Positions 39,301 to 50,942 of a stretch of DNA of 64,000 bases are shown one piece after another (position 1 is the first letter of the stretch; every line of letters begins with the position of its first letter). The notes beneath the pieces are model-generated. The model saw nothing but the letters and a program-made list of their open reading frames with translations. It was not told the origin of the DNA and did not search any database. The position numbers were made by a program, and so were the translations under genes. Source of the DNA: Mytilus edulis (taxonomy: Eukaryota); NCBI RefSeq assembly GCF_963676685.1, contig NC_092352.1, positions 83,514,001 through 83,578,000 on the forward strand, read 5' to 3'.

Positions 39301-39875
39301 CCCAATTGTGAACTTTCCATTTCTATGTATCACCATTCTGTCAGCGTCTGCATACGGAGTAATATATCTCACAATTGATACGATATTCCAGAGCTTGTAT
39401 TTCCCATCATGATTTCCTTGATAGAGGGTTGCTGCTCACAAGAAAGCTTTTTAACCATTGATTTCAAATGGTGAAGTTGAAATCATTCCTTCATAAATTT
39501 TTCGGACGCCATCACGATCGGTTGAACATTATAGAATATCCGTTTCACAGATGATATCGCATATCGGATATGTTCCTTATGTCTTATCTACAATCCTGTT
39601 CCCTATTTACGAATGTGACCAACCGAATTAGACTACATGCGGATTTGTAAAAGCATGAGCAACACGACGGTTGCCACATGTGGAGCAGGATCTGTTTACC
39701 CCTCCGGAGCTGTCCTAGTTTTTGGTTGGGTTCGAGTTGCTTAGTCTTTAGTCTTCTATCTTGTGTTTTGTGTACTCTTACTTGTCTGTTTATCTTTTTT
39801 TTTAGCCATTGTGTCGTCAGTTTATTTTCGACTTTTGAGTTTAACTGTCCCTCTGGTAATTATCCTCTCTTTTAC
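36330..39875 (+). mobile_element. Decayed Penelope-like retroelement with N-terminal GIY-YIG endonuclease followed by RT (Naiad/Chlamys-type order)
   Basis: CEANRCNTC knuckle (~36620); CKSINVVF..CDLCGLLFVGETKVRLTKRICGHR (36729-36836); RT motifs GIPMGTNCVPFLSDLFLYSYE (38995) and RYIDDV (39115-39132); LYDIRDDGSFPIVNFPFL (~39270). Many stops and frameshifts. Interrupted by a repeat at ~37792-38082. The 5' boundary is approximate. Confidence 0.8.
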
Positions 39876-40170
39876 AACAATAGACAAATGCCTAAAAATA
39901 TGTCAAGAAATAAATCGCCAAATTGTTAAGTATTCAAATATCCTAGCAAAACGACGACATGTACCAGTACAAATACTGTTTATTAAAATGTATTATTACA
40001 TTACATAAAAATATCTCTTGCTAGTATTAAGACCAAGTAAAGCTACATTCCTTTCAGCACGTTGATATTTTCAGATTTGTAGTTATGATTTAAAACTAGA
40101 TGGTTGATTTATGCGTGTTACTATAGTATGTCTATATCGCAACTATGCATCATAATCTACCATTATCATA

Positions 40171-40597
40171 CACAGCTACTTTTGCATAGGTACTATTTCT
40201 GTACTAAAAATACGTAGTACTGGAGATTTACTTTAATTTAATATTTAGTACTCTTTCTTTACTTTAAAATTTATTGTAATATTTAGGTACTTGTATTTTA
40301 CAGTACTTGATTTATACTAAATATTTTGGTACAGAAATAATACAATATTCCATGTTTGAAAATCATAATTTTAAGAGATTTGAAATAGAAAAACTTTCAA
40401 AATGCTGAAAATGTAACGGTAGTAACCAAAAATCTGTAGTACCTAGATATCAAGTTCAAATAAATTACTGTAAAATACAGGTACCTAAATATTACAATAA
40501 TTTTAGAGTAACAAAATAGTACTGAATTTTAAAAGTAGATTTCCAGTACTACAAATTTTGAGTACAGAAATAGTATACCTATACAAAATTAGCTGTG
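40171..40597. mobile_element. Foldback MITE with long imperfect TIRs and TA TSD
   Basis: CACAGCTACTTTTGCATAGGT..ATTTCTGTACT / AGTACAGAAATAG..ACCTATACAAAATTAGCTGTG, TA on both flanks. Confidence 0.72.
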
Positions 40598-41994
40598 TAT
40601 AATCGATAACAATGAACGAAAGAAGAAAGAAAAGATCATTAGATCAGTCACCTGCATGTATAATCTGGCATATTTCATAGAGACAAATACAAATATAATT
40701 ATTACTACTAAATTCGTTTTAATGTACTTAAATGCTTCAAAAACTTTAGATTTACAATTTCAATCAATATCATATAATTCACATTTAATACGAAAATTAT
40801 TAAAAAGACATATCTGAACTGTTCGCTGACAATTACCAGTAATAACATGCAAGGAAGTATTACACTTGTTTAACATGTTTTATTACAACATTACATCAAA
40901 GCTCCGGATAGTGGCTTTGCTATCGGAAATTAGAATGAAAGTGTATTAAATTTATTGATGTGAAATTGAAATACAATCCGTCAGAAAATCCCCACAATAT
41001 TTTAAAACGCTAAAAAGCACACGAAAAGCAGATATAAACGAAATTGGTTTGGTAGCTACCCCTTGTAAGCAACAACATAGTTCAAGGAAATTATGATAGG
41101 AAAGACAAGCGTTGTGATAATGACTCAACTGAGAGATATATCCATAATGTACTTCAGACACAGGCTCATTTGGAAAGTTGCTACATAGAAAAGAAGAGTA
41201 AACAATTGAAAAGTTGAAATCATAAATTTTGTCATTTACTAGTAGTTTTGTTCTGAATCAACCCTCATTTTCAATTATTCCATTGATTTTAAAGTAACAG
41301 ACAGACGTAATTGCATTTTTGGTATTATATAAATGATCAGATGTTCGATGAGATAGACAACAAACTTTGAATCATTTAGTGAGAGGATATCATCTATATA
41401 GCGAGATAACACTAGCTTCTTTTTATTCTCTCCGAGTAGCTTCTGTATTAATTATACTTCATATGAATAAAATAACATGTCGGCGGACAGAAGGAGAGGA
41501 GTATATATTTAATTGTATTCCTATAAAAGAGTGACAATTATTTTAGAGAAGAAAAAAACAAGTCGTCCAAATGTTACAAATATGTCTAACAAAAAATACC
41601 AGTTCTTAAACATATATGTTCAGATTGACTGCAACTCTTCAGTTTGTTAACTTCTAAAAATAATGACCAGATCCTTCGACCATATATTTGTTATATAAAG
41701 ATTATGTGGGCCAGATGCATATCCCTTATACAATAATATGATGGTCCATTTCCTCGTTCGAGTGCATTATCCTACACTTTAAACTTAAAGCTTATAACAA
41801 TCAAAACATGATGTGATATTCCATTATTTGTCGCCGTCAATTCTTCCTTATTCTGTTTGTTGATGAAACGGAAAAAACATATCGATGCATTTAAATTCGC
41901 ATTGATTCAAGTGTTTCCTTAAAAAATTCAAACCTATTAAAAACTAATCAGTAATTAAGAGAATGAAAATTAGCAGACATCTTTCTAAAACAAA

Positions 41995-42883
41995 ATGGCG
42001 TTATCAAAATCCATCATTAAAGCTCAGGATATAATGTCATGTAACGTTTGTGAATCCGAGACAAAATTGAAATGGAAGTGTATCGATTGTGACTTGCTAA
42101 TGTGTAATAAATGCCGCGAGAAAATTCATCCAAAGTTTAAAAATGCAGATGACCACACCATTTTAGACATAAAGGAAGTTGGACGTAGTTTGGGTAATAT
42201 CAATCTTAACTTTACAGCCATCAAATGCAAAGTACACAAAGTCCAAACATGCTGCCTTTTCTGTAGTACTTGTGACCATCTTGTTTGTCCAATATGCATC
42301 GCAAAAATTCACACTGGTCATAGTTTCTCTGAAATAAAGGAAGTATATAACATGGAACTAGACAAACTAAAGAATAGAAAACTGAAAATAGAAATAGAAG
42401 AAAGGGGACTTGCTAACGACGAAAGAAAGCTTAATCAGTTAAAAATATCAGAGTTTTGTAAAGATGAGAGAGTTTTAAAAGACATTCAAGCTCAGAAAGA
42501 AGAATTAATAGGACATGCAAATGAATTTTCGAAAAAAGTACATCAACAAATGAAGTCCAATGAAGATTCAATATCTGTGGAACAGAATAAGACCGTGAAT
42601 TCTAGAGAAAAATTGCGGGAACAGTTTTTGAAAGTTGATGAGCTTATTGGGTCCATAGATCCTGTAGAGTTTTTTGAAAATATTGATAAAGTAAAGATAT
42701 CGTTAGACACTGCCGTACAACCAATCGACTTAAGCCAAATTTGTACACTACAATTCATGCCAAAAAAGTTATCGCCATCAATTTTCGGTTCCTTGACTGA
42801 TGTCGTTTGCGGCGATATTATAGGAATGAAAGTAAATAAGCAGTTCGTCACTGGGTTAACGTCTTGCCACTATTTATCTGTTT
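41995..42883 (+). pseudogene. RING-less TRIM-like copy 3, 5' part (B-boxes and coiled coil), interrupted by the 8-kb transposon
   Basis: Colinear with copies 1 and 2 up to CHYLSV. The ORF then runs into the TIR and stops at 42939. Confidence 0.9.
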
Positions 42884-42958
42884 CACGGGTAGTAAGGTCG
42901 TCATATCGAGGAGTGTTTAGTACAGTGATTTTGTCATAGTTTGGATAAGTTTGACATG
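42884..42958 (+). repeat. Left TIR (75 bp)
   Basis: CACGGGTAGTAAGGTCGTCATATCGAGG..TTTGACATG is the reverse complement of 50863-50937 except at position 3. Confidence 0.96.
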
Positions 42959-44256
42959 GTTAATTTATGTCGCTTCCTTTAACTATTGCCTCAGTTCTAT
43001 TCACACGAGCAGATAAAAAGCAAATAAGATGTTTGAATCTGTATTGGAGGTCAAACGATCTATATTGGAATCTTTGTTTCACGAAATTAATGCAGAATAA
43101 GCGAGATATCGGAATTGCTATGGTTTGGTTAAGCGATTGACATGGTTCGGTTAAGAGTCTAGAAATTTGTCATGGTTTTGGTCAAGATTGTCATGGTTTA
43201 GATCGAAATAAATATATATGTGTTTCACTTTAATACTGAAAATTTGATTGGTAGCGCCTGTTATTGAACAAAGTTACACTATATATTAACTGCCTGAGAG
43301 AAAAAAAAGCCTGTTTAACAAGATTTAGTGGGTGTAATCGTCAAAGAGTAAATTAAACATGTCATGTTACTTTTCCTTAGTTTTCTACTATATAAATTAA
43401 AATTCACTGCTCTTTTAAACTAGCTTTCGATATAATTTTACAAAAAAGAGACAAAGCGTTGCTTCTGTTTCACATATAATCTTTTCTCTATATGTCCATG
43501 CTTGACTCTGCCGGGGATATCATGAGCGGCATCTCTTGTTAGATAACATAAGACTTCTACTCAAAAGTGGCAGCCAGTCAAAATGTAATTCTTGTTTTTC
43601 ATTTTCTATTCTAGAAAACTCTACATTTTGTTGGTTTTTCTTTATTTTATATTTCGAACCAATTAATGATGAATAAAAGGAGATGTGGGGTTATATGTCC
43701 ATGATACAGTAACCCAACTACAAAACTAACCAAAAGATATTAAGAGTACACCATAAGTCCTCAACCATATAAGAAACCGAATAGTTACGCGTGACATGGA
43801 CAACAGTTTTAAAACTTATTGGTTGAAGAACTATAATAGGTGAAATTACAATAAAAAGTACTTTCAAAGTTCGAATTCAAAATATGAAAGATCACAACTC
43901 CAATTTTGGATTTAAGCCGATATAATGTTCAAGTTTATCAATTATTATTACGAATCAATAAAAATCTTTGTTTGTAATATCATATTTATAAATGCATTGT
44001 GTATAGAATCATTAAATTATTTCAAATATTTTACTTTAAAAGTAATATAGTTTCTATACTATCTGAAAAAAAACTCCTGCTTTCTAGTTTTAAGTATGAG
44101 GTGGTTAATTATAAAATGTGATTGAAAAAGGATTGAAATTCAAAGAAACACGTGTTACATTGTCTGCTACATGTACATTTAAACCGTGTACGACCTTAAT
44201 TTTGACCTGTCTAGACCAAAAATTATCGTTTGTAATAGGACAGAACGTATTAGAAG

Positions 44257-45597
44257 ATGGACGGAGATGAAACAGATGGTAAGTTTGTTGATATATATCA
44301 CAAGTACACTTCATTTGAACTTCTTAGAACATTCAATGATATTTTTATGCTATCTATATTTGCCGTATATCATTTTTCCTTATTTGATTTCCAATTTACT
44401 AGGTAATATCAAATGTAAGATGACGTGGGAAATACATAAATGAGACAGCAAACTAACAACACAAACATGAATTCTTCAACAATAGGATGAATTGAATAGG
44501 CCAAACTCTATATCTGCCCGTTTCTATAAAACGGGTGAATAGATTGAACAGAGACACCCAGAGATCTGAAACCATCAAACTATTTTCAGTATAGCGTAAC
44601 AATAAGGTATGACATAGGACAACTTGTCGCGTCACTTCGGAGTTCACTAGATAAGTTTTTAAAATTAAATGTGTAAAACCGTTCTTTAGCGCTAATGAAT
44701 GCCTGTTCAGTGTCTGTGTTGAAAACGTATATTTCCATTGTGTAACCAAATATGTTAAGCAAAAATACAACGCAGCCAAATTCATAATTGTTTTTTTTTT
44801 GTTATTTATTAACACGATACGGCTCCAAATTTTACACAAATGCATTGAATTGGACTCATACATATTTTTCAGAGGCAATTGCATCTATTGCTCCTTTAGA
44901 CGGGTCATTTGAAGCTATTGGTGATACTGATCTAATTGAAGAAACAGTGGGTTCACTTAATAAAAATGATGGTAAATTAGATGAAAACAATAATGAAGCT
45001 CAACAGGGTTTACCAAAAATAACTAAAGTCCAGTGCGACATCTGTTCTAAAATTGTTCAAAGAAGATGTCTAACACGCCACATGAGAACACACGGGGATC
45101 AACTGATTTGTTCCCATTGTCCAGCGAAATTCTCAGATAGATGGGCTTTGAACGAACATGAAGCACGACATTCAAACCCTTTAATGTGTGATGTTTGCGG
45201 CAAAAAATATACTTCAAGAATCGGCCTAAGTCGCCATTTAAGGGACCATGCCAGTACACGCCCAATAGAGTGTGGTATTTGCCATCAACGGTTTAACGAT
45301 AACGCTCACTTTGAAGGTCATCGCAACAGTAAACATTTAAACTACAAACCGTTTAAATGTACCGTATGCAGCAAGGCTTTCGCTTATAGACAATCAATGG
45401 CAAGACATGTCAAAGAATGTCAAGGGAATAAGTCATACAACTGTATGGAATGTAATGCTGTGTTTAACAGCAAGCGTTCACTAGACCAGCACCATAGTGG
45501 GAAACACGGGCAGAAAGTGCATACATGTATGTGTGGAAAGTCCTTCCGTTGGGTTCGATCATTCACCAGACATAGTAAAATATGTAAAACAAAATAA
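44257..45597 (+). CDS. Transposon-borne C2H2 zinc-finger protein (7 fingers); exons 44257-44278 and 44873-45597
   Basis: ATG GAC GGA GAT GAA ACA GAT G|GTAAGT splices in frame to TTTTTCAG|AG GCA ATT. Acidic N terminus, then fingers CDIC..H..H, CSHC, CDVC, CGIC, CTVC(H..C), CMEC, CMC(H..C). AATAAA at ~45607 and ~45619. Confidence 0.88.
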
Positions 45598-45678
45598 TTT
45601 ATCAAATAATAAAAATTTAATAAATTCAAAAGTTGTTTTTTGATTCATGTCTAGCATTCATATACATGATATACATTT

Positions 45679-48600
45679 CTAAATATCATAACATGCTCTT
45701 TTATGAGGAAGGATTTTTTCTTCATCTTTCCTATGGTACTGACGAATTCCTTGAGCACCATGTGCAAATCCATCATATGTGCTCACGATTGCACTTTTCC
45801 GTTTAGCAGTGGATCTTCGGGGTTGGTCAAACATTGCATGGCTTCTGAAATAAATAAACGTAATCATATTTTATTAGCTCTTTTAAATTCAAGTTTATAG
45901 TACGACTGCGGCACTAAAAGATTAAAAAATTTAGAAACAAATATTGAAAAATAGGATCCTCCCACTGATGTTTTATATAATTCTATTCAATATAATTACA
46001 GTGTTAAGTATCTATCGTTATTTATTGCTAGACATAATTCAAAGATGCACGTACAATATATGTAGATAAAGACACCATGTTCCGCCTGATGCATATCACA
46101 AGATGTGAATTATCACTTTATTTTACTCACAATGACCGACATAATGGCTGCCCCCTATGGTACAGGATCCCCTCGCCCTTCAGGAGTGAGCGAGCCCAAT
46201 TCATGACGGAGTTTGTGATGCTACTGACTATTTCATGAGTTATGCTTTCTTGGTATCATTAACATCTTAAAGATTGTTAATATTATGAATATAAGAACAG
46301 GATTTTCTTATTCATTTTTTTTCATTAAGAGAAGGGATGTTACTTAAACTCATATTCATGTTGAATGACTGCTGGACATAACACATTTTGTTTGTAATTT
46401 AAATTTTTCAGTCAGAATGACACACCATAATAGTTATTGATATAAAGTTTCATTAAACTTAGTACCTAAAACCACCGACTGATTTCTTGGCCACATCTTC
46501 TTCTTGTACAGTTGCTGCTTGTGTTTTACAACTGGAAGTAGTATCATACTTTTCTGTCTGTTGATTGTAGACTGGACGTTTAGTAGTTGTGTTCAGATAG
46601 AAACCCCTATTTAATAAAAGTAACACTAATAAGTATATAAGAAGTCAAAGGTTTTTAGCATGCTACTGGTTATGATAAGAACCATGGTATGTTGTAGTTT
46701 CGGGTCCTGTTAGACGACTGTTCCCTATTGTTGCTGGCGGATATTTTTATGTTTTGAGCTGTTACATCATTGTTATAGGTAAACGGGAAGGGTTAAACGC
46801 TAATGGATGTTTAACCCCGTCGTATTTTTTATGTGCCAGTCCAATGTCATTGGTTGTGTTGGTTCGCGCCCGACATATACATTATTTTCGTAATTGCTTT
46901 GCTATAAATTAGACTTAATTTTCTCAACTAAAGTTTTTCATATTCATCATGTCAGGGCCGTCTATAGCTGACTATATGGTATGTGTGTTTTCATTGTTGA
47001 AGGCTGCACAGTTGTCTATATTAGTTAACATCTATTTCAATTAAACTTTTGTGGATAGACAGTATTCTCATTTGAAACAATACCTCATCTTTTTATTTAT
47101 ATTTCAATTGTGTTTATTTTTAAGTGTCACTTCCGCCAGTTCTAAAATTTCAATTGCTTCTAAATTTCACATGTTTCGTAATTTCTTTATAAACAAAAAA
47201 TTAAAACATTTACCTGTGTGGATTCATCCTTGTTGTTAATATTTCACATGCTACACTCATGGCTTTAGGGATTTCAGATGTTTTTAGCACACCAGCACCT
47301 CTTGGGTCCAAGTCTCTAAACGAGGAGAAGAATGTTTCATTGTCCAAACTTCCAATAGATCTGACATTGTATGTTCCAGTTTTTGAAAGGCGATAAAGCT
47401 GAATAAGCCTTTCACAGCTAGTGATTAGTCCAGTAAACAAAATAACAGGTATGTCACTAACATGACTTCCAGGTGGCGGAAACTGTCTAAGACATGTTTG
47501 GCATGAGTCAAGAAGAAATTCTCTCAAATTTAAAAGCTTTTGTACACGTCCATTCGCTGATAAACCTTTTTCATCCATCAAATGCCTCTACCTGAACATG
47601 AATATTGTATGTCTTTAGTTGTTCGCGTAAGAATTCAAGCATCTGTCTTACAGTGTCCGCTTTCAAGTGCTTCGGACTCAACCCATATGCAACCGGAAAA
47701 ACATAAGGCTTGTCGATCGCATAGGTCCTATCCAAGTCACTCAACATGAATACCATAACATCACTTGGTCTATCAAAGCAAAGGGTGAAATGCTGATTGA
47801 TCAAACACTTTACATCATCTATGCAGCTCTTTATTTCAGAAAGGTCTATCGCGTTAAACGTTCGTCTTTGTTCTGTACTTGGAGAGTGTGAACCATAAAC
47901 TCCATCAGTCTGAGCAGAATCGTGTCTACATTGAATGGCTTTCAAAGATTTGAACTCTCCTAAATATTTCACGTTTTGTGTCAGAAAAGTATCTATAAGT
48001 GCTTTTAGTTCTTTGGTTTTCGGCTTTTTTTTGGTAGGTCTTCTGTTGTGCGTTCCATACAGAAATTCTGCCTCTGTAACTATTGCAGTATACAAATCTT
48101 CATCAAATTTCACAAGAAAAGCAGTCGTTGATTCTTCAGACCACGAAACAAAAATGGATTCCGGAATATGATACCCGTAGCTTTCTTTTGAAGCCCCCAT
48201 TTGAGTTATCAGTTGTAATACATAGTAATTTGGAATTGAGTAAGACACATTAGTTTTCCAGTCGGATTTGTATGGACACTTTATTTCGAAGAGAAATCTT
48301 TTCATCTGACCTTCATCTCCTTCACCATCTGGACTGGCAACAAGAAAAGGTTTGTCTTCTCTCCATTTAACGTAGCAGCCGACTTCTTTAAACTTTATTT
48401 TCGGGAAGAGTGATGGTAATATCTTCCCACAAATAGTTGCAACTCCGTGCTTTTCATTTTCAATACCATGTAACATCTGAGGTGTTGGAGACTGTACTCC
48501 GTCCTTGTCTTTGTTAAGAATCACAGAGTCATAATGTGCTTGCTGCTCCTTCAGTGTGCGTAAACCAAGTGCTGTATGCATTGTACTTGCAGTTACTTTA

Positions 48601-49860
48601 GCTTGCTTCCGTAGTTCAAACCATTCGTCAGACCGTTGTTGAAGAAACTTGGTACATTGACTGTTGGTTTCTTTGTAAAATTCTGATCGCAGACAAAAAT
48701 AATTTGGTTGGTTATTCATGTCAGCCTCTTTACCAATCACAAAAGATGTTTCTGAACCATTCATATACGAAAAGTATTTGCAAATTCTATCGTTAACCCT
48801 AAGCAAGCTATCAATACAATCTTTTGTCATTCCTATATTTGTTTTCATGGCACTTATAGCGTATGCGTATTTAGATTTTTTCCAATCGCCTGGGCTCTGT
48901 TTTTCCGACTTTTCCATTATTTTTTTCAGATTTGCTTCTTTTCCAACGAGATACTGCCGCAAAACTTTTAATCTTTGACAAAGAATTTCAAAAGTTTCAA
49001 AAAGTCCTTTCTTTATGTGAGTTACCTGTTCATTGTTTCAGGTCAACACAAATTTTCCAGCTTTTTGTCGTGACGTCGTCTGTTGTGGAAATAAAAGATA
49101 TCAATTCCTTTATAATTCCAGGTTGAATTGTTTTTGGCAGAACTGTTAGCATGCAAGACAAGCTTGCTTTGCTAGGAACAGCAAAATTGATTTTTGAATT
49201 TTCAGGATCAAATTTTTCTCGTATTCCAATATTTTCCATTACCAAGTTTTGATTTCCAAGTCCCCTCATGAAATTTAAAAATTTTGTATGGAATAATCGA
49301 AAACCGATTTGCCAAAAACTTTTACTTCTATCGCTATAACGCATAGCTGAGATTTTAGATTCCGAAAACCAACGGACAACATCTAAAAATAACAAAAAGG
49401 CTATACTCTGCATGGGAAATCTGTCTTGTAGTGTAAGATGTATGAAAAGCCAAAAGTTATCTCTTTGACTGTCATTGTTAGGGATTTTATTCAAGACTGT
49501 GGCTAGGTTTATCTCGTGTGGCTGTTTGCATTTTCCCTGAAATTCATTATCTTTATTCGAATCATCCTCCATTCTTAAATCGTCATTTTCGGATTTAGAA
49601 AACTTTTCAATGGTCTTTTCCGAGCAAACTTCAGTAATTTGGATATTTTCATCTCCTGGGCTTATCCATATTTTCTTGTTTTCACTTTTCAAAATTTCTG
49701 GAATGATATGATAATGTTTGGATACATATCCAGTCACACCATCTTTAGTTGTTTTTCGTTTTACTGAAAGAAATCGATCTCCATGATTTAGTATGGTGTG
49801 TCCTAGAATTGACAATATGTCTAAAGTGTAAAGCTCACAATATTGGCAGCAGAATTCCAT
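45679..49860 (-). pseudogene. P-element/THAP9-like DDE transposase with embedded YqaJ (lambda-exonuclease-like) domain; exons ~49860-47214 (two frame breaks), 46606-46466, 45844-45679
   Basis: N-terminal CQYC..H..H finger. P-like motifs MRYS..KSFW, FAVPS..L..IQPGII, KICVD (D 49042-44), VMVFML..PVAYG, VEAFDG (D 47577-79), DNETFFSSFR (E 47336-38). YqaJ motifs QRSDEW..R..VTAS, HGIENE, ASPDG, FEIKCP, YVLQLITQM. Phase-consistent GT-AG introns give NPHR|GFYLNTT and GGFR|SHAMFD. Frameshifts at ~49040 and ~47575. Confidence 0.8.
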
Positions 49861-50862
49861 CCTGAAATTTAAAAGAAGCTATCTTAGAATCATGATTTTG
49901 TATCATTTGTTATTTGTTTGAAACTAGGTCCCACTTAATATCAGTACTTTATTTGTGTCTTTAGTGTTTCTGTTACTTGATTTTCTTGTCTAAACCCGAT
50001 CTGTTGAGTTTACATGTGTGGCATGGTTAAGTCGAAGAAGAGGTTGGGGAGCCTACAAACATGTTGAACTCCGCATTTTGTATATACTGTCTCAAGTTCA
50101 GTGTTTGTAATGCCGTGAATATCGTATGTAACTGTGTATCATATTTTGCTATTTATTTTGGACAGAAATTAGGCTGATAGTTTTCTTATTGGAATTCCTA
50201 TACATTGAATTTTGCCGCAGTCTTTTATATCTAAGAAATAAGGTTTTGCTCATTGTTGAATGTTGAAGGCCTCTTGATGACAAATAGCTGCTAACATCTA
50301 CGTCATTTGATCTCAGGTGGATAGTTATCTCATTGTCAATCTTATTGCATCTACTTATAACATATTATTACATTGTATGTGCGTTTTTATATCCTTTTGT
50401 GTTTCAAATGGAACGATTTTTGTTAATTTTGATAGTAACTCTTCATTATACACGACAAGAATTACATAACTGAACCATGTCTAACATGAACTTAACCATG
50501 ACACGAGTGAACCAAACCATGACACAGATATTTCAGTAATTTTGAATTTATTGTAAAAGTAGGTATTTTTCAGAATATTTGACCGCAGTGTTATATAACG
50601 AAGATGTATGTGATGTAACAGACTGTAAGAAAATAACTTTTTTTATGCACAATAAACCAATTAGCAAGTTTTAAATTTTGACATACGCAAGCTTTGTTCT
50701 GTGTTAAATCATTAACCATATGATACAATTTGTGATGTACTAACATATTTACTTGATACAAAGGTACTTACCAGCTTGAATTAATGGTCAGAAGTTCCGT
50801 TTACAAAATATCCCATTGTTTACATTTTTGCATTGATTGTCATCAAAAAGACTTAACACCGT

Positions 50863-50937
50863 CATGTCAAACTTATCCAAACTATGACAAAATCACTGTA
50901 CTAAACACTCCTCGATATGACGACCTTACTACCCTTG
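50863..50937 (-). repeat. Right TIR (75 bp)
   Basis: Reverse complement CAAGGGTAGTAAGGTCG..TTTGACATG. Confidence 0.96.
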
Positions 50938-50942
50938 TGTTT

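Larger units (their letters stand above)
42884..50937 (-). mobile_element. 8,054-bp TIR DNA transposon carrying a P-like/YqaJ transposase and a C2H2 zinc-finger gene
   Basis: 75-bp TIRs (42884-42958 and 50863-50937), 74/75 identical. TGTTT duplicated at 42879-42883 and 50938-50942. Removing the element restores the host reading frame. Confidence 0.95.

Noticed and set aside
47571-48962. Endogenous virus or phage contamination suggested by the YqaJ domain
   Set aside because: No other viral genes. The domain sits in a spliced gene bounded by TIRs and a TSD.
44257-49860. ProtoRAG/RAG1-RAG2 transposon (CAC end, 5-bp TSD, convergent genes)
   Set aside because: No RAG1/Transib motifs (SCDG, GYDEK, SE..ESGNK) and no RSS-like heptamer/nonamer. 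The partner gene is a C2H2-ZF protein, not kelch/PHD.
42881-50942. Alternative boundaries CAC...GTG (to 50939) with a 3-bp TTT TSD (CACTA/Chapaev-like)
   Set aside because: This needs a 2-nt indel between the TIRs, whereas the 5-bp TSD reading needs one substitution, and the protein lacks CMC-type motifs. Both readings restore the host frame, so it is disfavoured rather than excluded.
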